From a candidate division Kazan bacterium RIFCSPHIGHO2_01_FULL_44_14 (lineage in GTDB: Bacteria; Patescibacteriota; Kazan-3B-28), in contig METB01000001.1 of the NCBI GenBank assembly GCA_001771185.1, positions 439,200 to 503,199 of the forward strand: a DNA stretch of 64,000 nt. The letters are read 5' to 3'. The position numbers were made by a program, and so were the translations under genes. The notes under the pieces were generated by a model, which saw nothing but the letters and a program-made list of their open reading frames with translations, did not search any database and was not told the DNA's origin. Shown piece by piece: positions 1 through 9,352 of this stretch (position 1 is its first letter; every line of letters starts with the position of its first letter).

Positions 1-2
1 AA

Positions 3-1022
3 GTGATTGTAGATAAGGAGGGGGCTAGTTGGACGATACCAAAGCGAGCGTCGATGGTGATTAAACGCGATATCTTGTCGGAGTGGATAGAACACATATT
101 ATCGTTTGCAAAAATTGATGGGTTGAAACCATTAAAGATAGTAGTGGACGCTGGCAATGGGGTGGCGGGACCGATTGTCCGAGAGTTATTTGTACAACTT
201 AACCAAGGGAAAGAGCGAGATACCCGTACCGAGCTTATCGAGGTATATTTCGAGCCAGACGGTAATTTCCCGCATCATTTGCCAAGCCCGATTGAGCCAA
301 AAAATGTGGAGGATTTGTGTAAGAAAGTGGTTGAAGAGAAGGCGGATTTAGGGATGGCGTTTGACGGTGATGCCGACCGACTGTTTTTGGTAGATAACAA
401 TGGGCAATGGGTGAATGGTTCGGAAATGACCGCGTTGGTGATGGATGCGATTTTAACAGAGGATTCAACTCGGACGGTGTTGTATAATGCGATTTGCGGT
501 TGGAATGTTCGAGATGTAATCGAACGACACAGGGCTAAAGCATTGCGTACGCGTGTTGGGCATGGGTTTATCAAAAATGACATGAAAACCTATGGTGCCT
601 TTTTTGCCGGCGAACACTCTGGGCATTATTTCTTTCAAGACAATTACGGTTGTGATTCCGGGTTAATTGCGGCAATGCTGGTTTTGTCATTGATAGCAGA
701 GACGAATCGGTCGCTAATAGAATTATTGGTGCCACATCGGAGATATTTTCAGATTCCAGAGACAAACTTTGAAGTGACCGACATCAAAGTGGCTTTAAAT
801 AAACTAGCAGAAAGATTCCAACATGAAGAACTTGATTGGTTAGATGGATTAACAATTAAAACACTTGAGTGGTGGGCGAATATTCGGCCAAGCCAAACTC
901 AACCGTTGTTGCGGTTGAATGTTGAAGCGACCACTCCAGAAATTCTGGAGCGGGTGACAGCCGAGCTGACTGGATTCATCACAATGGGTCATCCTGAACT
1001 GGTTTCAGGATCTAGATGCTGA
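3..1022 (+). CDS. PGM/PMM-family phosphohexomutase (phosphoglucomutase/phosphomannomutase/phosphoglucosamine-mutase type), C-terminal part; 5' end truncated by the window edge
   Basis: Translation carries the PGM/PMM-family motifs GMAFDGDADR and GEHSGHYFF and a domain IV tail. The last 11 codons (GHPELVSGSRC*) are supplied by a palindromic repeat element at 988-1018. Confidence 0.8.
   Translation: MIVDKEGASWTIPKRASMVIKRDILSEWIEHILSFAKIDGLKPLKIVVDAGNGVAGPIVRELFVQLNQGKERDTRTELIEVYFEPDGNFPHHLPSPIEPKNVEDLCKKVVEEKADLGMAFDGDADRLFLVDNNGQWVNGSEMTALVMDAILTEDSTRTVLYNAICGWNVRDVIERHRAKALRTRVGHGFIKNDMKTYGAFFAGEHSGHYFFQDNYGCDSGLIAAMLVLSLIAETNRSLIELLVPHRRYFQIPETNFEVTDIKVALNKLAERFQHEELDWLDGLTIKTLEWWANIRPSQTQPLLRLNVEATTPEILERVTAELTGFITMGHPELVSGSRC
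988..1018. repeat. Palindromic repeat element, copy A (gtcatcctgaaCTGGTttcaggatctagatg)
   Basis: The 31 nt are identical to copy C at 23919-23949. A longer variant lies at 6924-6966. The core is an inverted repeat, TCCTGAA/TTCAGGA. Confidence 0.8.
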
Positions 1023-1071
1023 AACCCCTTGGTAAAAACTTGGGACATCGTAAATTAAGCATAACATCGGG

Positions 1072-2058
1072 TTAGGCCACTAATCCAAGCTTCTGCTTAA
1101 CTTCTTTTAGGGTCTGACTGGCGATTTTATCGGCGCGCTTAGCACCACTCTTAAGTACCTGGTCGAGCAAGCGCTTGTTTTTCATGTAGTACTCAATTTT
1201 TTTCTGAAGCGGAGTGAGCTTATCAATAATCAAATCGGCTAGTTCGCGCTTAAGATTGCTATATCCTTTTCTGATAAAGTGTTTTTCGATCTGGGCCTCG
1301 GTTTTGCCAGAGAAGAGTTGATAGATGGTCAGGAGGTTATAGAGACCTGCTCGTTTGGGGTCAAATTTTATTACGGTTCCAGAATCAGTAGTAGCCCGCA
1401 TAATTTTTTTGCGGATAATTTCCGGGCTGTCGGTCAGGGCGATGTAGTTAGCTGGCCCGGCACTCTTGCTCATTTTTTTAGAGGGGTCATCTAACCCCAT
1501 AATTCTGGCACCACTTTTGCGGATGATAGGTTCTGGAATAGCGAAAGTTTTACCGAATCGGTTATTAAATCTCTGGGCCAAATTTCGGGCTAGTTCGACA
1601 TGTTGTTTTTGGTCTTCACCGACTGGAACAAGGTTAGTGCCGTACAATAGAATGTCGGCTGCCATTAGTACGGGGTAGTCAAATAGCCCAACTGATGCAT
1701 TGTCACTGCCAGTTTTGGTCTTATCTTTGAACTGGGTCATCCGCAATAGTTCGCCCGTGTGGGTAACGGTGTTTAAAACCCAGGCCAATTCGGTATGAGC
1801 GGGAACCTGGGACTGAACAAAGATGATGGAGTTTTTGGGATTAATCCCAGCCGCCAAATAAATCGCGGCGGTGCGATAGGTATTCTCTTTTAGAGATTTA
1901 GGATCTTGGGGAACGGTGATGGCATGCAAATCAACCACGCAAAAGATATTGGCATATTTATCTTGTCCGTCCACCCATTGCTGGATGGCTCCGAGGTAAT
2001 TGCCGATATGGATAACCCCACTGGGCTGGATACCTGAAAAGGCGACTTTTTTGCTCAT
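1072..2058 (-). CDS. trpS: Tryptophanyl-tRNA synthetase
   Basis: Class I aaRS signatures are present: an N-terminal HIGN-type motif (PSGVIHIGNYLG) and KMSKS. Size is 328 aa, and trpS-like conservation runs throughout. Confidence 0.9.
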   Translation of the reverse strand: MSKKVAFSGIQPSGVIHIGNYLGAIQQWVDGQDKYANIFCVVDLHAITVPQDPKSLKENTYRTAAIYLAAGINPKNSIIFVQSQVPAHTELAWVLNTVTHTGELLRMTQFKDKTKTGSDNASVGLFDYPVLMAADILLYGTNLVPVGEDQKQHVELARNLAQRFNNRFGKTFAIPEPIIRKSGARIMGLDDPSKKMSKSAGPANYIALTDSPEIIRKKIMRATTDSGTVIKFDPKRAGLYNLLTIYQLFSGKTEAQIEKHFIRKGYSNLKRELADLIIDKLTPLQKKIEYYMKNKRLLDQVLKSGAKRADKIASQTLKEVKQKLGLVA

Positions 2059-2112
2059 AATGTTTGTCTAATTTACAACTCCACGATACCATAAAAGCAC
2101 TCTTTTACTTCT

Positions 2113-2994
2113 ATGAAGGACGCTCTTATCCCTCTGATTTTCTTTGCTCAATTCGATCGGCCGTTGACTCTAAGGGAACTTCGACGCTATGGATGGGGGG
2201 GAGAGTTGGATGTGAACGAGTTGAAGCAAATTATTAAAAAAAGCGACATGCATTGGTCGGGTGAGTTTTGTTATGTGGACGAAACTCATATCCATGAGTA
2301 CGCTCGGCGGCGCGAATTGGCCAAAAAGTTTTGGCAACGAGTACGGCAGAGCCGATGGATATTTGCCAATGTACCGTTTATTAAACTGGTCGCAGTTGGT
2401 AATACATTGGCTTATGATAATGTGCACGAGAATTCCGATATTGATTTGTTTGTGGTGACAAGGGCTAGGCGGGTGTGGACGGCTCGAGCGATTTTACTGT
2501 TGTGGCTAAGTTTCTTAGGCCTAAGAGTGCGGTCAGTAAAAAAGTATTTATTATTTTCGCCAGAGTTCTTTGTAGATGAGACCGCGCTGGACTTATCGCT
2601 CTGTGCGATTGCTAACGATTATTATTTGGCCTATTGGTTAGCTGACTTGGTCCCGGTTTGGCAAACGGACTACTTTGAAACGATTTGGTCGGCCAACAAA
2701 TGGCTGAAGGATAAATTGCCGGTGGCATATCGAAGTCCTAACCGACGACCGGAATTTGACAAGCCAATGCGACCGTCTTGGTTTGCTTGGGGATTGGAGA
2801 AGATTTTGGTCGGCAAGTTCGGTGATAGGATAGAAGCGTGGGTGCGAATCAAACAGCAGCGGATTATTGAACGAAATAAACAAAAGTTAGGGATTAATCC
2901 AAGCGTGATAGCCGATGACCATGTTGTCAAAATCCATTTCAATGACCGACGAGCGGAAGTCCGAGAACGAATCGAAGAATTTCTGGCTGGATAA
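2113..2994 (+). CDS. Hypothetical protein (nucleotidyltransferase-like DxD motif, DIDLFVVT)
   Basis: Long ORF in codirectional gene context. Only a weak motif supports the call. Confidence 0.5.
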   Translation: MKDALIPLIFFAQFDRPLTLRELRRYGWGGELDVNELKQIIKKSDMHWSGEFCYVDETHIHEYARRRELAKKFWQRVRQSRWIFANVPFIKLVAVGNTLAYDNVHENSDIDLFVVTRARRVWTARAILLLWLSFLGLRVRSVKKYLLFSPEFFVDETALDLSLCAIANDYYLAYWLADLVPVWQTDYFETIWSANKWLKDKLPVAYRSPNRRPEFDKPMRPSWFAWGLEKILVGKFGDRIEAWVRIKQQRIIERNKQKLGINPSVIADDHVVKIHFNDRRAEVRERIEEFLAG

Positions 2995-3008
2995 AATCGA
3001 GGCAGTAA

Positions 3009-4315
3009 TGGTGTGGCTATCGGTATTTTTATTGCCGTGGCAACTAAGGCATACGGTGATGTTTGCGACTATTAATGGCGGATATTTTGAATATGGCTCG
3101 TGGCATATTTATGCGACAGACTTAGTTATAATCGCGCTACTGGTTTGTTGGGTCTTGCGACCAGATAAAAAGTTTTTTGCTGGGCCTAGATGGCTGAGTG
3201 CACCACTTCTAACTTTGTTGGTGTGGATGACACTGTCGGTTAGTTGGGCGGTGGATAAGCCGTTGGCAATGATTACGGCAGGACACTGGTGGTTGGCGTA
3301 TTTGTGGTATTTGTATTTGTTAAATCGGATTCAAGCAATTAGTCAATTAATTCGTCCGCTGATGTGGGGGGTGGGATTACAAGCGCTGTGGGGAGTGGTT
3401 CAATATTTTCTGAACCAGTCGTTGGGGTTTCCCTGGTTGGGCGAATCAATTTTGAACGCTCAAGTGTCTGGCATTCCAGTGGTTATGGCTAATGGGGTGC
3501 GTCAACTGCGAGCCCATGGGATGTTGCCTCACGCTAATATGTTGGGTGGGTTATTAGCGGTGGCAACTCCAGTGTTGATTTATTACTACACCACATTAGA
3601 GCGGTCTAAGTTGAGTCGTCAGTTGGTCCAGATTATCATGCTAGTGGTAGTTGGAGTAGGATTGTCATTCGCTCGTGGAGCATGGTTAGTATTGGGGGTA
3701 GGTTTATTGGTGGTGATTATTTTGGGTTGGTCCGCCAAAAGGGAGGAGCACAATTCGGCGGACAAGCGGTGGAGGAATCGGCGTCAATTTAATATCGCTG
3801 GGGGAGCGTTATTACTTTTTGGTCTGGTTCTTGCTACCCAATATCAATTTGTAATTAATCGGTTTGACTTGTCAGATAGGTTAGAACAGCGCTCGGTTGA
3901 AGAGCGAATTACTGGGGTAACTAATTGGGAAAAGATAGCTGGTCAGTACATGGTTCGAGGGGCGGGGATTGGTGGCTATACGGTGGCTTTGCAAAAACTC
4001 GATAGCACTCAACCGGTCTGGTGGTACCAACCAGTTCATAATGTTTATTTGCTGATGATAGGTGAGTTAGGTGTAGTGGGAGTAGCGATTTGGGCGTGGT
4101 TGATTGCAGTTCTGGTTTGGGTGCAGGTGAAGTGGTTGCGTTTTAAAGAGAATTGGTTGCTGGTTCTGCCGATTGACGCTTGGTTGGCTCTGGGGTTGGT
4201 AGATCATTGGCTGGTATCGCTCCAGCAAGGTAGATTACTTCTGTTTCTGGCTCTGGTATTGATTATTTTAGTGGATAGAGTATCTTTGATTAAGCCAGAA
4301 AGTAAACTATACTAA
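3009..4315 (+). CDS. O-antigen ligase (Wzy_C)-like polytopic membrane protein
   Basis: Multiple hydrophobic helices and a large periplasmic loop with R/H-rich motifs typical of WaaL/O-antigen polymerase-like proteins. The ATG at 3009 is preferred over the overlapping upstream start at 2915. Confidence 0.55.
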
Positions 4316-4319
4316 ACCT

Positions 4320-4709
4320 ATGGAAGAGAACTATCAATCAATTACACCTGAACCGCGTCGGGTTTCATCTGGAGGAGAAGACAAAGTCTTTGCGGCTTTG
4401 AGTTATATTTCGATTCTGTTCGTGGTTCCATTGATTTTAAAGCACGAAAACGACGATATTTATTTTCATGCCAAACAGGGGATGGTGTTGTTTCTATCTG
4501 AAGTGGTGATTTGGTTTGTGCTGTTTATGCTGGAATCATTTATTGTGGCGCTGTTACCGCGAACCACTTTCAGTTTAACGGCTTGGTTGGGAGCAGTGGC
4601 CTGGATGTTGTTTGTGGTGCTTAGCGTCGCCGGTGTCTATAATGCTCTGGTGGGAAAGCGCTGGGAGATACCAATTCTGGGACGGATTGCCAAGAGTGTA
4701 GAAGTTTGA
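4320..4709 (+). CDS. Small membrane protein (DUF4870-like)
   Basis: 129 aa with hydrophobic helices and a conserved HAKQG motif. It is tightly linked downstream of the ligase-like gene. Confidence 0.5.
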   Translation: MEENYQSITPEPRRVSSGGEDKVFAALSYISILFVVPLILKHENDDIYFHAKQGMVLFLSEVVIWFVLFMLESFIVALLPRTTFSLTAWLGAVAWMLFVVLSVAGVYNALVGKRWEIPILGRIAKSVEV

Positions 4710-4963
4710 AGAAAATTTATCCAATTTATTCCAATCTCACCCCTACTCCGCTAAAGCTTCGAAGGGTCTACGACAATCTAACCAATGGGGTGGGGTTGAA
4801 GGTGAAGAGTATGGTATATTCGAGCAACAGGGGCCGTTGGCTTCCGACTACGCTCATAAGCTTTGTCGGACTTTGCAGTTGGTAGAGCGGTTCGACACTT
4901 CGGTCGGACAGGTCATCGGTTTTTCAGTTGATTGGTAGTGTGTTTTATAATAGATCTGACTAT

Positions 4964-5038
4964 GGGCCGTTAGCGAAGTGGTAACGCGCCTCCCTGGCAG
5001 GGAGGAGATCACCGGTTCGAATCCGGTACGGTCCACCA
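4964..5038 (+). tRNA. tRNA-Ala (anticodon GGC)
   Basis: Cloverleaf: acceptor GGGCCGT/ACGGTCC with the G3:U70 alanine identity pair, anticodon loop CTGGCAG, T-loop GGTTCGAATCC, CCA encoded. Confidence 0.85.
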
Positions 5039-5048
5039 AAACCAAAAT

Positions 5049-5080
5049 TGCCCCAGCGGGGCGATTTTTGTTTTTATGGG
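5049..5080 (+). terminator. Rho-independent terminator after tRNA-Ala
   Basis: Hairpin gccccagcggggc followed by gatttttgttttt. Confidence 0.6.
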
Positions 5081-5170
5081 ATTGGCGGATGAGAATCGGA
5101 GGTTCGCTCGCGATGCTGCTTATATAAATTTGTTGTCTTCCTTGTTGCAGCGAGCGCAGGGCCCCTGTAG

Positions 5171-5202
5171 CCAACAGGGAAATCATCCGGTACGGTCCAC
5201 CA
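5171..5202 (+). repeat. Duplicated tRNA-Ala 3'-end fragment (att-like), copy 2
   Basis: ccaacagggaaATCATCCGGTACGGTCCACCA repeats the 3' 18 nt of tRNA-Ala (5021-5038). It is a near-identical direct repeat of 5625-5659. Confidence 0.75.
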
Positions 5203-5359
5203 CGAACTATTCGCTTCGCTCAAGTTCATGGCGCAGCCACGAACGAAAATAGTATAAGGCGAATAGTGAGTGCCGTGTACCGGAAGCGCCAGCTGACTGG
5301 TACGGGGCGGTGTTCTGTACTCGAGTGTAGCGAGTAGTACGGGACTATATAATACAAAT

Positions 5360-5623
5360 ATGTATTATGTTTACGTACTTCGTAGCCAAATAGACGGTAA
5401 GTTGTATGTTGGTTTTACCGAGGATCTCAAGAAACGACTAATAGCCCATAATTCTGGTAAGAATCTATCAACTCAAACTCGTAAACCATTAGACCTTATA
5501 TTTTACGAAGCTTTTATAAACAAGTTCGATGCCTTGCGTCGTGAGCGATATTTTAAAACCACAAAGGAAAAAGTTACTTTGGTTCAGATGTTGAGAGAGT
5601 ATAGTGGGGTGTCTAGGGCCTAG
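5360..5623 (+). CDS. Small GIY-YIG nuclease-domain protein
   Basis: YVYVLRSQIDGKLYVGFTEDLKKRLIAHNSG is a canonical GIY-YIG N-terminal motif. 87 aa, free-standing. Confidence 0.8.
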   Translation: MYYVYVLRSQIDGKLYVGFTEDLKKRLIAHNSGKNLSTQTRKPLDLIFYEAFINKFDALRRERYFKTTKEKVTLVQMLREYSGVSRA

Positions 5624-5624
5624 A

Positions 5625-5659
5625 CCAGCAGGGAAATCATCCGGTACGGTTTACCATAT
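5625..5659 (+). repeat. Duplicated tRNA-Ala 3'-end fragment (att-like), copy 3, slightly degenerate (ggtTTacca)
   Basis: ccagcagggaaatcatccggtacggt matches 5171-5196 at 25 of 26 positions. Confidence 0.75.
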
Positions 5660-5746
5660 AGAAAGTCGCTCCAAGAGCGAAGTTTAGCTTGACATAGGAA
5701 ACTACTAATAGTAGGATGCAACCATCTTGTACCTAGGAGGTTTGTA

Positions 5747-6061
5747 ATGTCAGCTATACGGAAACAAGTGAAGCCGCTGGTTTACCCAGTCGACTTTATT
5801 CAAGCGGTGAAGGATGAGTTTCCTGACTGGAAGGAACTTCATCAATCGCTCAACAGTAATGGTGTCATCGTAGGGCGCTATCTGGATGATTCTCAGCAGG
5901 GTGGAGGTATCACCTCCGAGGAGCTCATCGAGGCGTTGGATGCAGGAGGTACTGGCACTGATGCTATGAGTAAATTGCGTCAGAAGGCGGAACAGCATAT
6001 CCGCCGTCAGAAGCTCTATGTGTGGTGGAGTAAACTCTGTCACGACTGCCTGGAGGAGTAG
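5747..6061 (+). CDS. Hypothetical protein
   Basis: 104-aa ORF with an upstream AGGAGG-like RBS (cctaggagg). No recognisable motif. Confidence 0.4.
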   Translation: MSAIRKQVKPLVYPVDFIQAVKDEFPDWKELHQSLNSNGVIVGRYLDDSQQGGGITSEELIEALDAGGTGTDAMSKLRQKAEQHIRRQKLYVWWSKLCHDCLEE

Positions 6062-6208
6062 AACAGGTTTATCTGGTTGCTTCTTCTAATCAGACCCCTT
6101 GGGCAAGGGTCTTTTCTTTTGCCAAATCTCCTAATATAAGTTGCTACCTTCTCTGAAGTACTTCATCAGAACCACCGGTCTGGTAGCTTTTTGTTATGAT
6201 AAACCCAT

Positions 6209-8665
6209 ATGAAAGAGGAGCACTTTAATCACCAGACCATCGAGGCCAAGTGGCAAAAATATTGGAGCAAAGAAAAACTGTTTACGGCCAAAACCGGCGA
6301 TAAACAGTCGAAGGTCTATGTTTTAGATATGTTTGCTTATCCTTCGGGTGATGGGTTGCATGTCGGACATCCCAAGGGGTATATCGCTACGGATATTTTT
6401 GCGCGCTATTATCGAATGCGGGGGATGAATGTACTTCGACCAATTGGCTGGGATGCCTTTGGTCTGCCGGCCGAGAACTATGCGATTAAAGTGGGCAAAC
6501 CGCCAGCCGAGACGACCGAGGTTAATATCAAACGGTTTACCAAGCAACTAAAGTCGCTTGGGTTCGTGTATGACTGGGAGCGAGAGATCAACACCTCCAA
6601 GCCGGACTATTATAAATGGACCCAGTGGCTGTTTAAGATTTTATACGACAACGGTTATGCCTATCAAAAGGAGGCCCATGCCAACTGGTGTCCTAGTGAT
6701 CAGACGGTACTTGCGAATGAGCAGGTGGTAAATGGCTGTTGTGAGCGATGTGGGACGCAAGTTGAGCAGAAACAATTGAAGCAGTGGTTTTTTAAAATTA
6801 CCGAGTTTGCCGAGGAACTATTGGCGGGTCTGAATAAAGTTGACTGGCCGGAATCGACCAAAGTCGGACAGCGGAATTGGATTGGACGCTCTGAAGGAGC
6901 TTCGTTAAAATTCCAAGTTGTCCGTCATCCTGAATTTATTTCAGGATCTAAAGTTGAGATGCTGAATCAAGTTCAGCATGACGAGCTAAACATCGAAGTG
7001 TTTACCACGCGGGCGGATACTATTTTTGGGGCGACTTATTTGGTATTGGCACCGGAACATCCAATAATTAAAAATGAAAAATTAAAAATTAAAAATTTGG
7101 AGGAAGTTATCCAATACATAGAAACAACTAAGAAAAAAAGTGAGCTTGAAAGACAAATCCAGAAAGAGAAAACAGGTGTTCAGTTGGAAGGAGTAATGGC
7201 AATCAACCCAGCGACTGGACAAGAGATTCCGATTTGGATTGCAGATTATGTGTTGATGAATTATGGGACGGGAGCAATTATGGCGGTGCCGGCGCATGAC
7301 GAGCGGGATTTTGAATTTGCGAAGAAATTTAATTTGCCAATTATTAGAGTAATCGAAGGGGGAGAATTACCTTTTGTTGGCCAAGGCCAGTTAGTAAATT
7401 CAGGAATTTTCAGCGGTAAGAACTCTTTGGCATTAATGGCGGATATGGCCGAGAAATTTGGCGGGAAATTAAAAGTACAGTACAAATTACATGACTGGCT
7501 GATTTCTCGTCAGCGGTATTGGGGAGCACCAATACCAGTGGTTTATAAACCACTGGAAATATCAAATTCCAAATCTCAAATACCAAATGGAGAAGAGGGG
7601 TGGAAAGTGGTATCGGTGGACGAGAAGGATTTGCCGGTGATGCTGCCAACGGATGTAGATTTTAAACCAACAGGTGAATCGCCTCTTGCTAATTCAAAAA
7701 CTTTCCAGACGGGAGTAGAAAAAAAATACGGCAGAGGGGCATATCGAGAACTGGACACGATGGACACCTTTGTGTGTTCGTCATGGTATTTTTTGCGCTA
7801 TTGCGATTCTAACAACGACAAAGAATTCGTTAGTGGGAAAGCGCTGAAATATTGGATGCCAGTGGATTTGTATATTGGTGGAGCAGAACATACTAACGGG
7901 CATTTGTTGTATGCTAGATTTATCACCAAGGTTTTGTATAAACTAGGATATTTGGACTTTGACGAACCATTTTTGAAGTTGCGCCACCAAGGATTAATCT
8001 TGGCACCGGATGGTGAGAAGATGAGTAAGAGCAGAGGCAATGTGATAAATCCAGATAATTTAATTGCCAGATACGGCGCCGACACTTTGAGAATGTACGA
8101 AATGTTTATGGGTCCGTTTGATCAGACGGTGGCCTGGGATACTAATGGTGTGACGGGGGTCCGCAAATTTTTAGAGCGAGCATACAAGCTAGTAAAAGAC
8201 CGTAAAGATGAACTGGCAGTAGATGATGTGTCAATCAACCGATTGGTCAAAAAAGTGACCGAGGATATTGCCGAGATGAAATTTAATACGGTAGTGAGTA
8301 GTATGATGGAATTTATTAACGATATGAGCCGAGTGCCAGATGGCGGATGGGCTGAATCATTTGTACAAGTACTAGCTCCGTTTGCACCGCACTTAGCCGA
8401 AGAAATGTGGCAGAATATTTTAGGATATAAAACTAGCGTGTTTGAGTCGGCCTGGCCAACTTTTGACAAAAATAAAATTGCTCACAGTACGGTCGTAATC
8501 GCAGTTCAAGAAAATGGCAAACTGCGAGGGACGGTTAATCTTCCGGCGGGGGCATCAAAAGAAGATGTGTTGTTGGCAGTCAATCAAGACGAGCGATTGG
8601 CCAAGATCGCCAAATCGGCCAAGCGCGAAATATTTGTGCCGGATAAAATTATTAATTTTATTTGA
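6209..8665 (+). CDS. leuS: Leucyl-tRNA synthetase
   Basis: HVGH (HIGH-class) and KMSKS motifs, CP1 editing-domain sequence, 818 aa. It contains an in-frame copy of the palindromic repeat at 6924-6966. Confidence 0.95.
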   Translation: MKEEHFNHQTIEAKWQKYWSKEKLFTAKTGDKQSKVYVLDMFAYPSGDGLHVGHPKGYIATDIFARYYRMRGMNVLRPIGWDAFGLPAENYAIKVGKPPAETTEVNIKRFTKQLKSLGFVYDWEREINTSKPDYYKWTQWLFKILYDNGYAYQKEAHANWCPSDQTVLANEQVVNGCCERCGTQVEQKQLKQWFFKITEFAEELLAGLNKVDWPESTKVGQRNWIGRSEGASLKFQVVRHPEFISGSKVEMLNQVQHDELNIEVFTTRADTIFGATYLVLAPEHPIIKNEKLKIKNLEEVIQYIETTKKKSELERQIQKEKTGVQLEGVMAINPATGQEIPIWIADYVLMNYGTGAIMAVPAHDERDFEFAKKFNLPIIRVIEGGELPFVGQGQLVNSGIFSGKNSLALMADMAEKFGGKLKVQYKLHDWLISRQRYWGAPIPVVYKPLEISNSKSQIPNGEEGWKVVSVDEKDLPVMLPTDVDFKPTGESPLANSKTFQTGVEKKYGRGAYRELDTMDTFVCSSWYFLRYCDSNNDKEFVSGKALKYWMPVDLYIGGAEHTNGHLLYARFITKVLYKLGYLDFDEPFLKLRHQGLILAPDGEKMSKSRGNVINPDNLIARYGADTLRMYEMFMGPFDQTVAWDTNGVTGVRKFLERAYKLVKDRKDELAVDDVSINRLVKKVTEDIAEMKFNTVVSSMMEFINDMSRVPDGGWAESFVQVLAPFAPHLAEEMWQNILGYKTSVFESAWPTFDKNKIAHSTVVIAVQENGKLRGTVNLPAGASKEDVLLAVNQDERLAKIAKSAKREIFVPDKIINFI
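6924..6966. repeat. Palindromic repeat element, copy B, inserted in frame inside leuS
   Basis: gtcatcctgaaTTTATttcaggatcta[aagttgag]atgctgaa encodes RHPEFISGSKVEMLN in LeuS. The same element encodes HPELVSGSRC at the end of ORF 3-1022. Confidence 0.75.
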
Positions 8666-8668
8666 CTA

Positions 8669-9292
8669 ATGAACGAGGATGAAATAACTCAACCTGACTT
8701 TGAAGTGGAAACCGAATGGAAGCGAGTAACTATATTGCTTAATCGTAAAGACGAACCGGCCTTGAGCATGGCGGTATTGGAAGCTCACAAGATTTTTCGC
8801 CAGATATTGAACGAGGTAAGTTTTGGGGGAACGATTGATGACCAAATTCACAACGCCGGAGAATTATTTAAGGACATCAATGGAGTTTTGGCAGCTGACT
8901 TGGTCCAACAGCATATTGTTGAGCAAGTCGGACATCGAATTACCAAAGCCGATGCCCAAACTGCTTGCGACGCGCTGATGAAGGCGATCTTGGATATGGT
9001 GGGGCGGGATTTTGAACTGCAGGGATTTTGGCATCGCTGGGCGAATGGGTTGAATTATTTCTGGGGTCATCATCCCCGGTTACTGGCTGGACTGCTGGCT
9101 GGGATTTTGGCTTTCGTAGTTTTAATTTGGTTTTTGGCTGACACTCTAATGGGTCAGTGGGTGGCGTCTCTCTTAGTTGGGTTCGCCCATTTTATTTTGG
9201 GCTGGTCTGGGCTGATTATCGGGCTGGTAGTGGCGATTATTATTTCTCTGGCGATTGGGTTAACCTATGCCGATCGACAGCGTCGGCGCTAG
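8669..9292 (+). CDS. Hypothetical membrane protein
   Basis: ORF with a C-terminal hydrophobic half, immediately downstream of leuS. Confidence 0.45.
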   Translation: MNEDEITQPDFEVETEWKRVTILLNRKDEPALSMAVLEAHKIFRQILNEVSFGGTIDDQIHNAGELFKDINGVLAADLVQQHIVEQVGHRITKADAQTACDALMKAILDMVGRDFELQGFWHRWANGLNYFWGHHPRLLAGLLAGILAFVVLIWFLADTLMGQWVASLLVGFAHFILGWSGLIIGLVVAIIISLAIGLTYADRQRRR

Positions 9293-9352
9293 TTAGGGCT
9301 AGGTGATACAATAAGAAGTACCAAAATTACCCGAATAATAGGAGGTGGGGCA

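Noticed and set aside
2915-3008. An upstream in-frame start for the O-antigen-ligase-like gene that overlaps the preceding gene by 80 nt.
   Set aside because: The ATG at 3009 lies after the upstream stop and begins directly with the first hydrophobic helix. The long overlap is improbable.
5164-5175. A 12-nt match (cctgtagccaac) between 5164 and 63887.
   Set aside because: It is too short to distinguish from chance. Neither flank extends the similarity.
6323-8469. Multiple 60- to 115-aa minus-strand ORFs inside leuS. Similar ones occur inside dnaE, clpC, nusA and the large hypothetical genes.
   Set aside because: They are antisense shadow ORFs within well-supported long genes, with no independent signals.
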